The translations under genes were made by a program, and so were the position numbers. The notes under the pieces were generated by a model, which did not search any database, was not told the origin of the DNA, and worked only from the letters and a program-made list of their open reading frames with translations. This document shows, piece by piece, positions 1 to 16,759 of a DNA stretch of 64,000 nucleotides. This DNA comes from the human T2T-CHM13v2.0 reference genome, Homo sapiens. Each line of letters starts with the position of its first letter. Within the stretch, counting starts at the first letter, position 1. The stretch lies in assembly GCF_009914755.1 (NCBI RefSeq), contig NC_060932.1; one strand, written 5' to 3'.

Positions 1-1820
1 CAACTCCTATTCAATAGTATTGGAAGTTCTGGCCAGGGCAATCAGTCAAGAGAAAGTAATAAAGGGTATTCAATTAGGAAAACAGGGAGTCAATTTGTCT
101 CTGTTTTCAGATGACATGATTTTATATTTAGAAAACCCCATCATCTCAGCCCAAAATCTTGTTAAGCTGATAAGCAACTTCAGCAAAGTCTCAGGATAAA
201 AAATCAATGTGCAAAAATGACAAGGATTCCAATATACCAACAGCAAACAAACAGAGAGCCAAATCATGAGTGAACTCCCATTCACAATTACTACAGAGAA
301 TAAAATACCTAGGAATCCAACTTACAAGGGATGTGAAAGACCTCTTCAAGGAGAACTATAAACCATTGCTCAATGAAATAAAAGAGGACACAAACAAATG
401 GAAGAACATTCCATACTCATGGATAGGAAGAATCAATATCGTGAAAATGGCCATACTGCCCAAAGTAATTTATAGATTCAATGCTATCCCCATCAAGCTA
501 CGACTGACTTTCTCCTCAGAATTGGAAAAAACCACTTTAATTTTCATATGGAACCAAAAAGAGCCTGCACAATCCTAAGCAACAAGAACAAAGCTGGAGG
601 CATCACACTACCTGACTTCAAATTATACTACAAGTTTACAGTAACCCAAACAGTATGGTACTGGGTATATAGTATATATACTATATATAGACTAATGGAA
701 CAGAACAGAGGCCTCAGAAATAATACTACACATCTACAAGCATCTGATATTTGACAAACCTGACAAAAATAAGCAATGGGAAAGGATTCCCTATTTAATA
801 AATGGTGCTTGGAAAACAGGCTAGCCATAAGTAGAAAGCTGAAACTGGATCCCTTCCTTACAACTTATACAAAAATTAACTCAAGATGGATTAAAGAGTT
901 AACTGTAAGACCTAAAACCATAAAAACCCTAGAAGAAAACCTACGCAATACCATTCAGGACATAGGCATGGGCAAAGACTTAATGACTAAAACACCAAAA
1001 ACAATGGCAACAAAAGCCAAAATTGAAAAATGGGATGTAATTAAACTAAAGAGCTTCTACAAAGCAAAAGAAACCATCATCAGAGTAAACAGGCAACCTA
1101 CAGAATGGGAGAACATTTTTGCAACCTATCCTCTGACAAAGGACTAATATCCAGAATCTACAAAGAACTTCAACAAATTTACAAGAAAAATCAAACAACC
1201 CCATCAAAAAGTGGACAAAGGATATGAACAGGCACTTCTCAAAAAAGACATTTATGCAGCCAATAGACATATGAAAAAATTTTCATCATCACTGGTCATC
1301 ATAGAAATGCAAATCAAAACCACAATGAGATACCATCTCACGCCTATTAGAATGGTGGTCATTAAAACGTCAGGAAACAACAGATTCTGGAAAGAATGTG
1401 GAGAAATAGGAACACTTTTACACTCTTTGTGGGAGTGTAAATTAGTTCAACCGTTGTGGAAGACAGTGTGGCAATTCCTCAAGGATCTAGAACTAGAAAT
1501 TTGACCCAGCAATCTCATTACTAGGTATATACCCAAAGGATTATAAATCATGCTGTTATAAAGACACATGCACATGCATATTTATTGTGGCACTATTCTC
1601 AATAGCAAAGACTTGGAACCAACCCAAATGTCAATCAATAATAGACTGGATAAAGAAAATGTGGCACATATACACCACGGAATACTATGCAGCCATATAA
1701 AAGGATGAGTTCATGTCCTTTGCAGGGACATGGATGAAGCTGGAAACCATCATTCTCAGCAAAATGTCACAAGGACAGAAAACCAAACACTGCATGTTCT
1801 CACTCATAAGTAGGAGTTGA
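1..1820 (+). pseudogene. Disrupted L1 ORF2 (reverse transcriptase / C-terminal region)
   Basis: ORF2 is broken across ORFs 270..578, 548..754, 776..1147 and 1211..1504. It ends at ATGTTCTCACTCATAAGTAGGAGTTGA (stop 1818-1820). Confidence 0.9.
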
Positions 1821-2040
1821 ACAATGAGAACACATGGACACAGGGAGGGGAACATTACACACTGGGGCCTGTTGTTGGGCAGGGGGCTGGAGGACGGATA
1901 GCATTAGGAGAAATACCTAATGTAAATGACAAGTTAATGGGTGCAGCAAACCAACATGGCAAATGTATACCTATGTAACAAACCTGCACGTTGTGCACAC
2001 GTACCCTCAAACTTAAAGTATAATAATAATAAAAAAAGAA
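1..2040 (+). mobile_element. LINE-1, L1PA6/7-like; 3' part (ORF2 C-terminal half, 3'UTR, A-tail); 5' part lies outside the window
   Basis: ORF track gives ORF2 peptides ([42 protein letters not shown]). 3'UTR GGAGAAATACCTAATGTAAATGAC...GGTGCAGCAAACCAACATGG...CTTAAAGTATAATAATAATAAAAAAAG. Confidence 0.95.
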
Positions 2041-5000
2041 GAAAGAAATTGAAAAAATTTTAAAACAATTAATAATGGAAACAAAACATACCAACACCCG
2101 TGGGATACAGGAAAAGCAGTACTTAGAGGAAAGTTTATAGCTATCAGTGCCTACATCAAAAAAAGAGAAAAACTTCAAATAAGCAATCTAACATTGCTTA
2201 AAGAACTAGAAAAGCAGGAGCAGACCAAACTGAAATTAGTAGAAGAAAAGAAATGAGATTAGAGGAGAAATAAATAAATTTGAAATGAAGAAAACAATAC
2301 AAAAGATCAGTAAAACAAAATTTGGTTTTTAAAAAGTTAAACAAAATTGAAAATCCTTTAGTCAGACTAAGAAAAAAAGAGAGAAGTTACAAATATATAA
2401 AATCAGAAATGAAAAGGGAGACATTACAACTGATACTGCAGAAATTTCAAGGATCATTAAGGGCTGCTATGAGAAAACTATGTGCCAATAAATTGGAAAA
2501 TCTTGATGAAATGGATAAATTCATAGACACAAACAATCTACCACAATTGAATAAGGAACGAATTCAAAACCTAAACAGACCAATAACAAGTAATGAGATT
2601 AAAGTCATAATAAAAAGTGTCCCAGTAAAGAAAAGCCCACAACCTGATGGCTTTATGGCTGAATTCTACCAAACATTTAAAGAACTCATACCAATCACAC
2701 TTAAAATATTCTGAAAAACAGAGGAGGAGAGAATGCTTCCAGATTCATTCTACAAGACCAGTAGTACTGTGATACAAAAATCAGACAAAAACACATCAAA
2801 AATTTAAAAAAAAGGAAACTGCAGGCCAATGTCTCTGATGAATATTGATTTAAAAAATCCTCAACACAGTACTAGCAATCCAAATTCAACAAAACATTAG
2901 AAAGATCATTCATCATAGTCAAGTGGGATTTATTCCTGGGATGCATGGATGGTTCAACATATGCAAATCAATCAATGTGATATATCATATCAACAGAATG
3001 AAGGATAAAAACTATATGATGATTTCAAGATGCATTTAATAAAATTCAGCATCTCTTCCTTATAAAAACCTTCAAAAACTGAGTATAGAAAGAATATACC
3101 TCAATATAATAAAAACCATATATGATAGATCCACAGCTAGTATCATACTGAATGAGGAATAATTGAAAGCCACTCTGGAACATGCCAAGGATGCCCACTT
3201 TTACCACTGTTATTCAAAATAGTATTGGAGGTCCTACTAGAGAAAGATATAGAGGGCATCCAAACTGAAATGGAAAAAAATCAAATTATCCTTGTTTTCA
3301 GATCACATGATCTTACATTTGGAAAAACCTAAAGATTCTGCCAAAAAACTATTAGAACTGATAAAAAATTTAGTAAGTCTGCAGAATACAATATCAATAT
3401 ACAAAAATAAGTAGTATTTCTATATGGCCACAGTGAGCAATCTGAAACAGAAATTTAAAAAAATCCCATTTATAACAATCACAGATAAAATTAAATATCT
3501 AGTAATTAACTTAACCAAATAAGTAAAAGATTACCATAATGAAAACTATAAAAAACTGATGAAAGAAATTGAAGATGACACCAACAAATGGAAAATATTT
3601 TGTTCATTGATTGGAAGAATCAATATTGTTAAAATGCCCATAATAACAAAAGCACACTACAAATTAAATGCAATCCATACTTAAATGCCTATGATATTCT
3701 TCACAAGAATAGAAAAAAAATGTAAAATTAATATGGTACTATAAAAGGTCCAGAATAGCCAAAGCTACACTAAGTAGAAAGAAAAAAACTGGAGGAATCA
3801 TATTGTCTGACTTCAAATTATACTAAAGAGCTATAGTAACCAAAATAGCATGGTACTGGCATAAAAACAGACACATAGGCCAATGGAACAAAATAGAAAA
3901 CCCAAAAACAAATCCACACATTTACAGTGAACTCAATTTTGACAACGTTTCCAACAACATACACTAGGGAAAAACAGTCTCTTCAATAAATGGTGCTCGG
4001 TAAACTGGATATCCATATGGAGAATTATGATACTAGAGCCCTATCTTTCACCATATACAAAAATCAAATCAAAATAAAGGCCTAAATCTAAGACCTCAAA
4101 CTGTAAAACTGTGATAATAAAACATTAGGGAAAATCTCCAGGACATTGGTCTGGACAAAAATTTCTTTTTCATTACTCCACAAGCACAGGCAACCAAAGC
4201 CAAAATGGACAAATGGGATTACATTAAATTATAAAGCCTCTGCACAGCAAAGGAAACAATCAACAAAGTGAAGAGACAACCCACAGAATGGGGTAAAATA
4301 TTTGCAAAACACCCATCTGACAAGAGATTAATAACCAGAGCATATAAAGGGCTCAAAAAACTCTGAAGGAAAAAAATTTAATAATCCAATCAAAAAATGG
4401 AATAAAGATCTGAATAGATATTTATCAAAGACATGTCTTTGAGACAGGCATATGAAAAGGTGTTCAACATCATTGATTATCAGAGAAATTCAAATCAAAA
4501 CTACAATGAATTATCATCTTACCCCAGTTAAAATGGCTTTAATCCAAAAGACAGGCAGTAACAAATACTGTCGAGGGTGTGGAGGAAGAGAACCCCCATA
4601 TACTGTTAGTGGGAATGTAAATTAGTACAACCACTGTGGAGAAAAGTTTAGACATTTATCAGAAAACTAAAAATTGAGCTACTATATGATCCAGTAATCT
4701 CACTGCTGGGTATTCACCCAAAAGAAGGGAAACAAGTATATCCAGGAGATGCCTGTATTCTCATGTTTGTTGCAGCAATATTAACAAAAGCCACGATTTG
4801 GAAGCAACCTAGGTGTGAATCAATAGATGAACAGATAACAAAAATATGGTGCATATACACAATGGAGTACTATTTAATCATAAAAAATGAGATCCTCTCA
4901 TCTGCAACAACATGGATAAAACTGGAGATTATTACGTGAAGTGAAATAAACCAAGCACAGAAAGACAAAGATCACATGTTCTCACGTATTTGTGGGATCT

Positions 5001-5372
5001 CAAAATCAAAACAATTGAATTTGGGATACAGAGAGTACAAGGATGACAACCAGATACTGGGAAGGATAGTGGTAGACTGGGGGGGAGGTGGGGATTATTA
5101 ATTGGTGAAAAAAATTGGAAATAATGAATAAGACATACTGTGTGATCATACAACATGGTTACTATAGTCAATAATAACTTTTAATTGCACCTTTAAAAAT
5201 AACTAAAAGAGTGCATTTGAATTGTTTGTAGAACAAAGGATAAACACTTGAGGGAATGAATACCCCATTCTCTATGATGTGCTCATTTCAGTTGCATGCT
5301 TATATCAAGACATCTCAGGTACCCCACAATTATATACACTTAATATGTACCCACCAAATTTATTTAAAAATT
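2041..5372 (+). mobile_element. LINE-1, L1MA1-3-like; ORF2 to 3' end
   Basis: ORF 2322..2714 ([15 protein letters not shown]...[19 protein letters not shown]). 3' end CAAAGGATAAACACTTGAGGG...TACCCCATTC...ATGTACCCAC is typical of L1MA1-3. Confidence 0.9.
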
Positions 5373-8552
<3,180 letters not shown>

Positions 8553-9449
8553 AATTAATTTTTTTAAATGGATTAATATCAATAATTTTTCCTTAATTGT
8601 ACAAAGTTATAATTGGAAAGCCAGAAGAAGAATTCTAGTCTTCCATGATCTGATACAGAGTCCTATTTTTAATGATTAGGGTGTTAACTTCTTGAAGGAA
8701 GGACATTATCCTTTTATCCTGGGAGTCTAGCATAGTGTCTGGAATTGTTAGTATATTAAATGTTTAGATAATGAATATAGAATAAAGTGATGATTAATTA
8801 CAGCCTCTAAAATAATGTGTTTTGTAGTAGAAAGGAGTGGAACTCAGCTATAAAAAGACTAAATTTTGCTATAGATTTTTATCTAAAATTTTTATCTAAA
8901 ATAGTTTCAAACTGAATATACTATGGTCACATTTGGCTTATGGTAACTGGCTTTTATTACTTCGTTATGTAATTCAGTAGAAAGTGATGGTGCTTATGAT
9001 GGAATTTTCTTTCTTTTTTTTTTTTTTTATCAGAATAGGAGCTCAGACTCTGCTTACAAGGACTTTGGAAAAAAAAGGGCTAAAGTCTATCCAATAAATC
9101 CTCTTGGCCAATTTTTACCCCCTTCACAATGATACATGAACCAAGAATAATGGTTCCTGTACCATTTTAGATAAGTCCTATCCAAGTACACATGTGTGTA
9201 TACATGTATACAGATAGATCCTGCTTTTGGAAAACCTAACCTACCCTAGATGTTTTATATATGTATATAAATATGACTGCCAAAATATATCCTGTGATAA
9301 AGAACATTTTTGCAACAATAATTCTAAAATATTGAACTTCCAGTGAAAGTTTAAATGATATTAAATTAACAAAAGCTGAGTTGGGAATAAGAATTTAGGA
9401 ACATATATACAGCATGTGCAATACAGTACAGTATTTTAAAAATTATTAC

Positions 9450-9680
9450 ACAAATGCTTATTGTTTCCCATATGCCAACACTCTAATAAGTCTACAGCAC
9501 AACAGTGAGCAAGATAAACAAAATCCCTGCCTTCTTGGAGTTTACATTCTTGTAGGAGAAGGCAATATACAAGAAAGATAATTTCACATAATGTGAAATG
9601 CTGGGAAGACAATTAAGCAAGGAAAGGGAATAGACTGTGATTGAGGGAATGGACTAGGGAGGATATTTTAGATACATGAT
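9450..9680 (-). mobile_element. L2 (L2a-like) 3' fragment
   Basis: ACAAAATCCCTGCCTTCTTGGAGTTTACATTCT resembles the antisense L2a 3' motif. Confidence 0.65.
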
Positions 9681-11365
9681 TGGACTGTGCTGTCTGTACT
9701 GGCCACGAGTGAAGGGAAACGACCAATCAGAGAGTGCCAGTCACTTGAAGATCTATCCAACTGACACCTTCCTCAGCACAACACTCTGGGCAGCCATTAC
9801 AAGTCAAGTACTGGCCATGTCTGTACTGTGAAGCACTGTGCTGGAGGATGTAGAAAAATATAAGGTAAAAAGCATTGAATGTAGTATAAAGACATGTTTG
9901 ACATCAAATAGCTCAAGATTCTGAAACAGAAAGAGCAGGGAAAGATGATTAGGAATGCCTAGATTCTACTTTTCCTTTTAATCTTTTGGAAAATAGTTTT
10001 CCATCAGCAAGATACCATTGGATAAAATGTTCCATAGGATTCCTTCTAGATTTGATGGTTAATAATTCTAATTACAATGTGAAATAGGAATTTAAAAAAT
10101 AGTACAATATATGCACACTTGATATTTAGACACACAAATATTTAGCAAAAATCTGCCTGGATAAGTCAATAAGAACTTTGTTCCTTCTCATAGTAAAGAT
10201 TTCATTTTGGTTTTAGTTTTTTGTGTATTCTTTAAAATAGGATCAACTACTCCTCATTAATTTACTTGAAAAATGCATACTGCATAAGTCATATTATTCA
10301 TTTAATTCCTATTTGTAGCTCATGTTGCTTAAACAACTTTGGTTGTAACTTCAAGCCTATTGATTTCTTTTTACTCTTTCTGACAGCACTCTTATAAACC
10401 AAAAATGATTCATCTTCTCAGAGTAAAAATATTTCCATATTCAGGGTGTACTGCCATAGAAGAGTGAAAAATCAATAAAGCAACTCCTGTTTAGTAAAAT
10501 TTCTCAATGAGAAACATTACTCATTTTTAAATGTATGGTATTTACAGTCATTAACAAAAGCTTTACTCTAGGAGTGCCACAGTTCTCTTAGGGACTGACA
10601 TATCCTTGTTTAAGGACTCTTGGTGGGATTTAATTGTCTACATCTAATTTTCTAACAAGCATACGTTGTCTTCTTAAATATGATGTAGGTCTGTGAGGAA
10701 AGAGAAGGGTAAGGAATGATGAATCAATAAAAATGGGATATTCTGGAAATTATATACAGCTTTGATTAGTTATTCATAATGAAAAAGGTATTCAGAGCAA
10801 AGGACCAAATAATATTAAGTAAATGTGGGATTAACTGAAGAAATTACAAGGGGAAAAAAAGCCATTATTTCTGGAGCATGAAAAAGGATGTATTAGATAC
10901 ATGCACTCACCAAAAAGAATAGTCGGGCTCACTGTCTTCATTTTTTCTAGATCCATAGAGCTATGGAGAACTGGCCTTCTAAAAGCTACGGCTTATTACA
11001 GTTAGAGCAGAGCAGTAATTTCATCAGAGCTGGCTGATTATTGAACCACCTATGCACCATTGTAAGGCAAAAAATTTCTAAACTCTCAGGATTTACATTG
11101 CCAGGTTTGAAAATCAATGGTCTAGAATAGCCTGCAGAATCTTTTTGGATGATGCTGGAGCACCCATAGTGTATACAATGATGCATTGGAAATTCTGAGG
11201 TAGAATGGAAGTAAAATCCCAGTGTCTTCTTAGAATGAAACTAGTCTCTAATTCTCTTGAACCAGTTTTCTTTTTTCTTCTGTTATTACCCAGCTAAAGA
11301 GCCTTTTGAAACATTATCTTTCTAATTACCACCAGCCCATGAAATTTTAGTATCATAGGTTACTG

Positions 11366-11418
11366 TATATCTGTTTAGTATTGCAGATATATCTGTTTAG
11401 TATTGCAGATATATCTGT
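11366..11418. repeat. 22-bp tandem repeat, 2.4 copies
   Basis: TATATCTGTTTAGTATTGCAGA exact at 11366-11387 and 11388-11409, plus a partial third copy. Confidence 0.95.
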
Positions 11419-12269
11419 GTTTTATACATAATACGTAGTTAATTTTTTTTACATGTTCAAGGACAGTTTTCACCCCTTAGTTGGGGGTGGGGAGGGCAAT
11501 GTCCTGTTGAGAATGCGTGTCTTGAGGTACTCCAGGTTTGGTGTATGAATCAGACCATACTCCAATAGCTTTATGGAAACTGATTTAATTGGCACTCAAG
11601 TTTCTTATAGACTTTTGGAAGCTATAAAGGAGGATGATATTCTCTAAGCCTCCATGCCAAGGCAATCAACCCTTTAATAATATGAGTTTTAGAAGAGTAC
11701 TAAAAGAACGTTTGAAAAATAACTATTAGTCATTTTCAGTCAGGAAAAAAGAAACTAGTATAGAAAGTTGAAAGGAATTTAATATTAGAAATTCATTGTT
11801 TGTAAAATCTCTAAATGACTGGAGAAGTGAAAGTCAAGAGAGATTACCTATGGTTTTCAAAACCACCAACTTAGGTGTGATCTAGAGAATCAAGAAATTG
11901 CTACGGTTACTTATAAATCAGGAAATGGAACCATGGCCAATTGCCACAGCTGCCCTGCAGTAAAAAGGCAGATGATTGGCAGGAAGAAAATCATACTTAT
12001 TAAAGTTCAAATGTCTGATGCCACTGCTGAAGAAAAAATAACACCTGCTGCCCCCTTTCTGTCTTCCAAATATTGTGCAAGAGCATGAGCAAGTATCACC
12101 GAGAATGCCAACACCCTAAAATGAAATGGAAACAGACAAGCAGGAGGAAGAGGAAGCGAACTGGAAGAGAAGAAAGGAGGGGAGAAGAAAAGCAAGGAGC
12201 TCAAAACAAAACAATGAAAATCTAGCACATACAGTTTGTCCTTATGAAAAAGTAAACTCTATGTTATCT

Positions 12270-12385
12270 TTAACTTTCCTCTTACCTCAAATAGGGAGAA
12301 GATGAAATTTCCAATCAACTTCACAGGACTGTTTTAAAGAGACAGAATGACCAGGTGAGTGTAATGCTGTTGTCAACTAATGTAA
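12270..12385 (+). mobile_element. MIR-like fragment
   Basis: TTTCCTCTTACCTCAAATAGGG...ACTTCACAGGACTGTTTTAAAGA is a degenerate match to the MIR core. Confidence 0.45.
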
Positions 12386-13299
12386 TCTGTCCTCTGAAAT
12401 TTAAAATAAATTTGTTTAAACACCATCCCATGGACACTTGGAGCCTGGAATTCTGTAGTCTATGGCAATTCAGAGGGAAAAGGGTAGCTTACAACTTTCC
12501 TCCTGTGCCTTCACAAGCCTCTGTCCTATCAGTTTCTTTATAATCTCATCATCTATCACTGTTCCATTGTGTTTCCACACTGTAGCAACCTGTGGAGGGA
12601 CCCCTATTTATTTTCCTTCATTTTTTCCAATATCTATTTTGAATTAATAGCTGTGAAATGCAGGGGTTGTATATTCATATGTGGCTCAGTTTCTTTTCTA
12701 TATAAAGTTATAAACCCACCTCCTCTCCTCTCCATCTTAGACTCCTGGACTCTTCCATACTCCTTCAATATGCTACGGAATTTATCTCTCCTCTGTATCT
12801 TTGAATATCCAAAGGCTCCTTAATGCTTTTCTAGAACAGAATCACCGAATACTTTATGTTTCAACCTTTTACTCTAAGGAGCTGGAAGAAGTTAAAAATG
12901 TCAGTCTTTTCTTCTCTCCAGACACTTAAGTGAAAACAAGCAATAAAAATATTTACTTTCTCACCAGTTTGAATTACAGCAACTCCACCATGTCTAAGAA
13001 GACACTTACTGCATCACATAGTTTGATATTTAAATAATTTTAGTTCTATGAAAAGTTAAATTTTTAAGACATCTAGAAGCAGGAGTTATTTTTGCTATAT
13101 GCTTTTAGAATTTTTTATCCTTCAGAGAAATCTTCTCCAACATTCATTTAAAGTTACAACCACCCTCTATATCTGTTGCTTTCTCTATGACATTACTCTG
13201 TCAATGTATTAATAATATATAAAACACTCAAAATCAGAAATACTTTTTTATGTATCTACTTTTCTTTGTCTCTTAACTGTCTCCAAAATTAAAAAAAGG

Positions 13300-13425
13300 C
13301 TTCTCAAAGATGAAAAATTGTCTGACTCTTTTTAGAAATGTAGCCTGTACATCAGTGTAGTCACTGACACATAGTGGAGGCTTCTCAGATTATGGTGGAA
13401 TGAAAGAATAAAGAAATGAATAAAC
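13300..13425 (+). mobile_element. L2 3' end
   Basis: CTGACACATAGTGGAGGCTTCTCAG...GAATGAAAGAATAAAGAAATGAATAAA resembles an L2 terminal tail. Confidence 0.5.
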
Positions 13426-13769
13426 GGGGAAGCAGAGGGAAGAACTGGATGAGTGGCAAAAGACATCAGTTCCCTATGGATGTTTGATGGTTTTGCTCAC
13501 CTTCAAGAACACCCCTTGCATAACCTTATCATTGTGGATGCGACGACTTGAGGGTCCATGGACTGTTGGGACTCTGAAGAACATGCTGAGGAAAGAGGCC
13601 CCAGTAGAAATAAAAATCCTTTATATAAGTTCTCCTTGATTGCTACCCTGAAAACCTCTGAATGTGAAATGAGTTCAATTCTACAGCTATCATGGGCAAG
13701 TCTGAAGGTCATGAAGGCCAAAGTCCACATAACCTGAGGCATTGATCTGCCATTCTTTTGTCAGTGTGA

Positions 13770-14118
13770 AAGAATGGACTGAATTATTGTATGCCCCCAA
13801 AATTCATATGTTGACATCTTAATACCCAATGTGGTTATATTAGAAGGTAGGGCCTTTGAGAAGTATTTAGGTCATGAGGGTGGGATCAGTGTCCTTATAA
13901 AAAGAGACAAGCCAGCTTGCTTCCTCTGTCTGTGCTCTTCACCATGTGAGGACACAGTAGGAAGGAAGCAAGCCAGGAAGAGGGCCCTCACCAGACACTG
14001 GACCTGTTAGCATCTTGATCTTGGACTTCAGTCATCAGAACTGCAAGAAATAAATGTTTGTTACATAAGTTACCCAGTGTGTGATAATTTGTTGTAGTAG
14101 CCCTTCCCTAATTAAGAA
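13770..14118 (+). mobile_element. MaLR solo LTR, MLT1A-like
   Basis: CCCCCAAAATTCATATGTTGA...GGCCCTCACCAGACAC...TTGATCTTGGACTTC...GAAATAAATGTTTGTT. Confidence 0.85.
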
Positions 14119-14359
14119 AGTAAATAAAAATATAAAAACAAGACTTTCCCTCACCTCACCCTCCACCAAAAATTTATCCCTTGCCTTACACAAATTTTAC
14201 TTTCTGTGCCTCAAGGAAAATGCTGGTGCCCTCCTGTTGTTGTTACATGAGGTTATACAAAATAAGTTAGCCGTCTCATGTTTGAAATTGCCTAAAAGCC
14301 AAATTTTTCAAATTCTAGGGCCCCAGCTCTATAATCTAGATAACCAGATCACTAAGTAT

Positions 14360-15034
14360 GTGGAGTATAGGCAGGCCAAATAATAGGCCCCCAAAAATAG
14401 CCATGTCTTATTCTCTGGAGCCTGTGAATATGTTACCGTACAAAGCAAAAGGCACTTTGCAGAGATAATTAAGGTGACTTATCTTAAGACAGAGAGATTA
14501 TCCGTGCTTATTCTGTTGAGCGCATTCTAATCACAAGAACCTTTAAATGCACTTTCTTCAGCTGGAGAGAGAGAGAAATAAAAAAAGAGAAAGAGAGGGA
14601 ATGGCAAAGAGAAATTGTGGAGAGATAGGCTAGAAAGAGAGGTCAGAGAGATTCAGCACATGAGGAGGACTTGATGCATCATTGCTAGCTTTGGAGATGA
14701 AGGAGGCCATAGGCAAGAGAATGCGGGTGGTGTCTAGAAGCTGAGTGACAGATCCCTAAGTGACAACCAGCAAGGAAATGGGACCTTAGTCCTACATCAA
14801 CATGCTAAATTCTGCCAACAGCCATAACAGCCCTGGAAATGAATTCTCCCCCAGAACCTTCACATAAGAGCCAGCTATCTGACATTTTGACTTTAGCTTT
14901 GTGAGAATCAGGGAAAAGAAACCAACTGAACCTACTAAGACCCCTGACCTATAGAACAATGAAACAATACATTTATGTTGTTTTAAGCTGCTACGTTTGT
15001 GATGAATTGTTATGGGAGCAATAAAAAACTAAAA
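14360..15034 (+). mobile_element. MaLR solo LTR, MLT1D/E-like
   Basis: GAGCCTGTGAATATGTTACC...CTTTGCAGAGATAATTAAGG...CAGCAAGGAAATGGGACCT...GTTGTTTTAAGCTGCTACGTTTGTG...AAAAACTAAAA. Confidence 0.85.
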
Positions 15035-15040
15035 TGTTGT

Positions 15041-15372
<332 letters not shown>

Positions 15373-16759
15373 TCACCTATGCCTTGTCACTTAAAATGTG
15401 GAGGAAAACCCTTTGATCCAACTGATCCTCACTGATGCTCAACCTGTGGCTGAAATGCCACATTATTTATTAAAAACTATACTGGAAACAGGATGTTGTC
15501 AGGATGGAGTAACAGACAAGTCCATTAATGTTTGTGAAGGTCAACTAATGATTTAGTTGCTCAGATTAACTTCAGGAATTTAGCAGGAACCTAAAGAAAG
15601 GGAATGCTGTACACATAAGTACTAGCAAGGAGGGTTTTTTTTTTTTTTAAATTACAGAACATAGGGCTTCTCCAATGATTGCAGGCCTAGTTAAGACACA
15701 GTGGAATGGCATGAGGCTATGAGGAGAGAAACCAGAAAGAGGATAATCAGAGGTCAGCAAGAAGTGACGGGAGATGTAATTGAAGGAAGAGGAACATGAG
15801 TAAAGATGAAAAGTTATCTCTATTTCAAAACTCTGGTAAGAGTTGGCTCCATTTATAAATATTGCAGAGTGGAAGGTAAGAGAAAACAAATGTAGTCAAA
15901 GCTAAAGTCAGCAAACAGCCTACATGTACCTATGAGAGATTTGTGTATTGTTCTCAGCAAAGCGTGCATGATTTAAAATTAAAATTAGGAAGATGCATTC
16001 ATGTGACTTTTTAGAGTGCATGCCAATTCATTAAAAAGTTAAATATGATTTAGTTTTATTAATAATCTAACTAGATATATACATTAATAATCTTATCTAT
16101 GGATATGAAAAACTTTCATATATCAGACTAGCAAAACTAAATAGATTTGTATTTATTGAACACATCTTCAACAAAATATTTGCAAATGAAGATCTTGGGT
16201 CACACTCAGAGCAGGTACCCTCTAATCAGACTCTTGTTTGGCCCAAGACGTGATTTCAGATGTAAACTAAAATAAAAACAACTAAAAAGAAATTTGATCA
16301 AAATTTAGGGGAGCTGTTCAGACTAACCAAAGCTTAACTCAAAGGTCTTTTAATAAATTATAAAAACAAACTAAAGTGATAATAAAAATCACAATGATAC
16401 CAGCAATGAATTAAGCACTTATTTTGTAAGTGACAGTCAGATTGCTAGGCAATTATATTTGACTTTTTTAGTACTTTAAGTTCTATGATTTATGTATTAT
16501 CTAAATTGTATGGTGGAGGAAGCTAAGGCCAAAGAATACTATTTGTTTTTGCTCTGAACCAGTAATAACTATCAGAGTAAGCATTAAGAAACAAAATCTT
16601 GAGAGATAAAAGACACCCTTGCTTAATCAAAGCCTTGAAAATCTCTATTTCTAAAGACTACCTCAAAAATTTATCATTTCTTCACTGCTACTACCTATTA
16701 ATAAAATAAGTTGAAAACGAGTGAGCAAAACTGGAACCTCTGCACTCTTTAATATGCAT

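Noticed and set aside
10360-11215. Acceptor-like sites (TTTCTGACAG, TTTTTTCTAG) and a nearby AATAAA
   Set aside because: No strong paired donor; such motifs are common in AT-rich DNA.
11366-11418. Short direct repeats as a possible CRISPR-like array (also 38306-38369)
   Set aside because: There are no spacers, only two copies, and the context is eukaryotic.
11725-12120. Possible very old LTR (also 38925-39090)
   Set aside because: Resemblance is too faint to name a family or set boundaries without a profile search.
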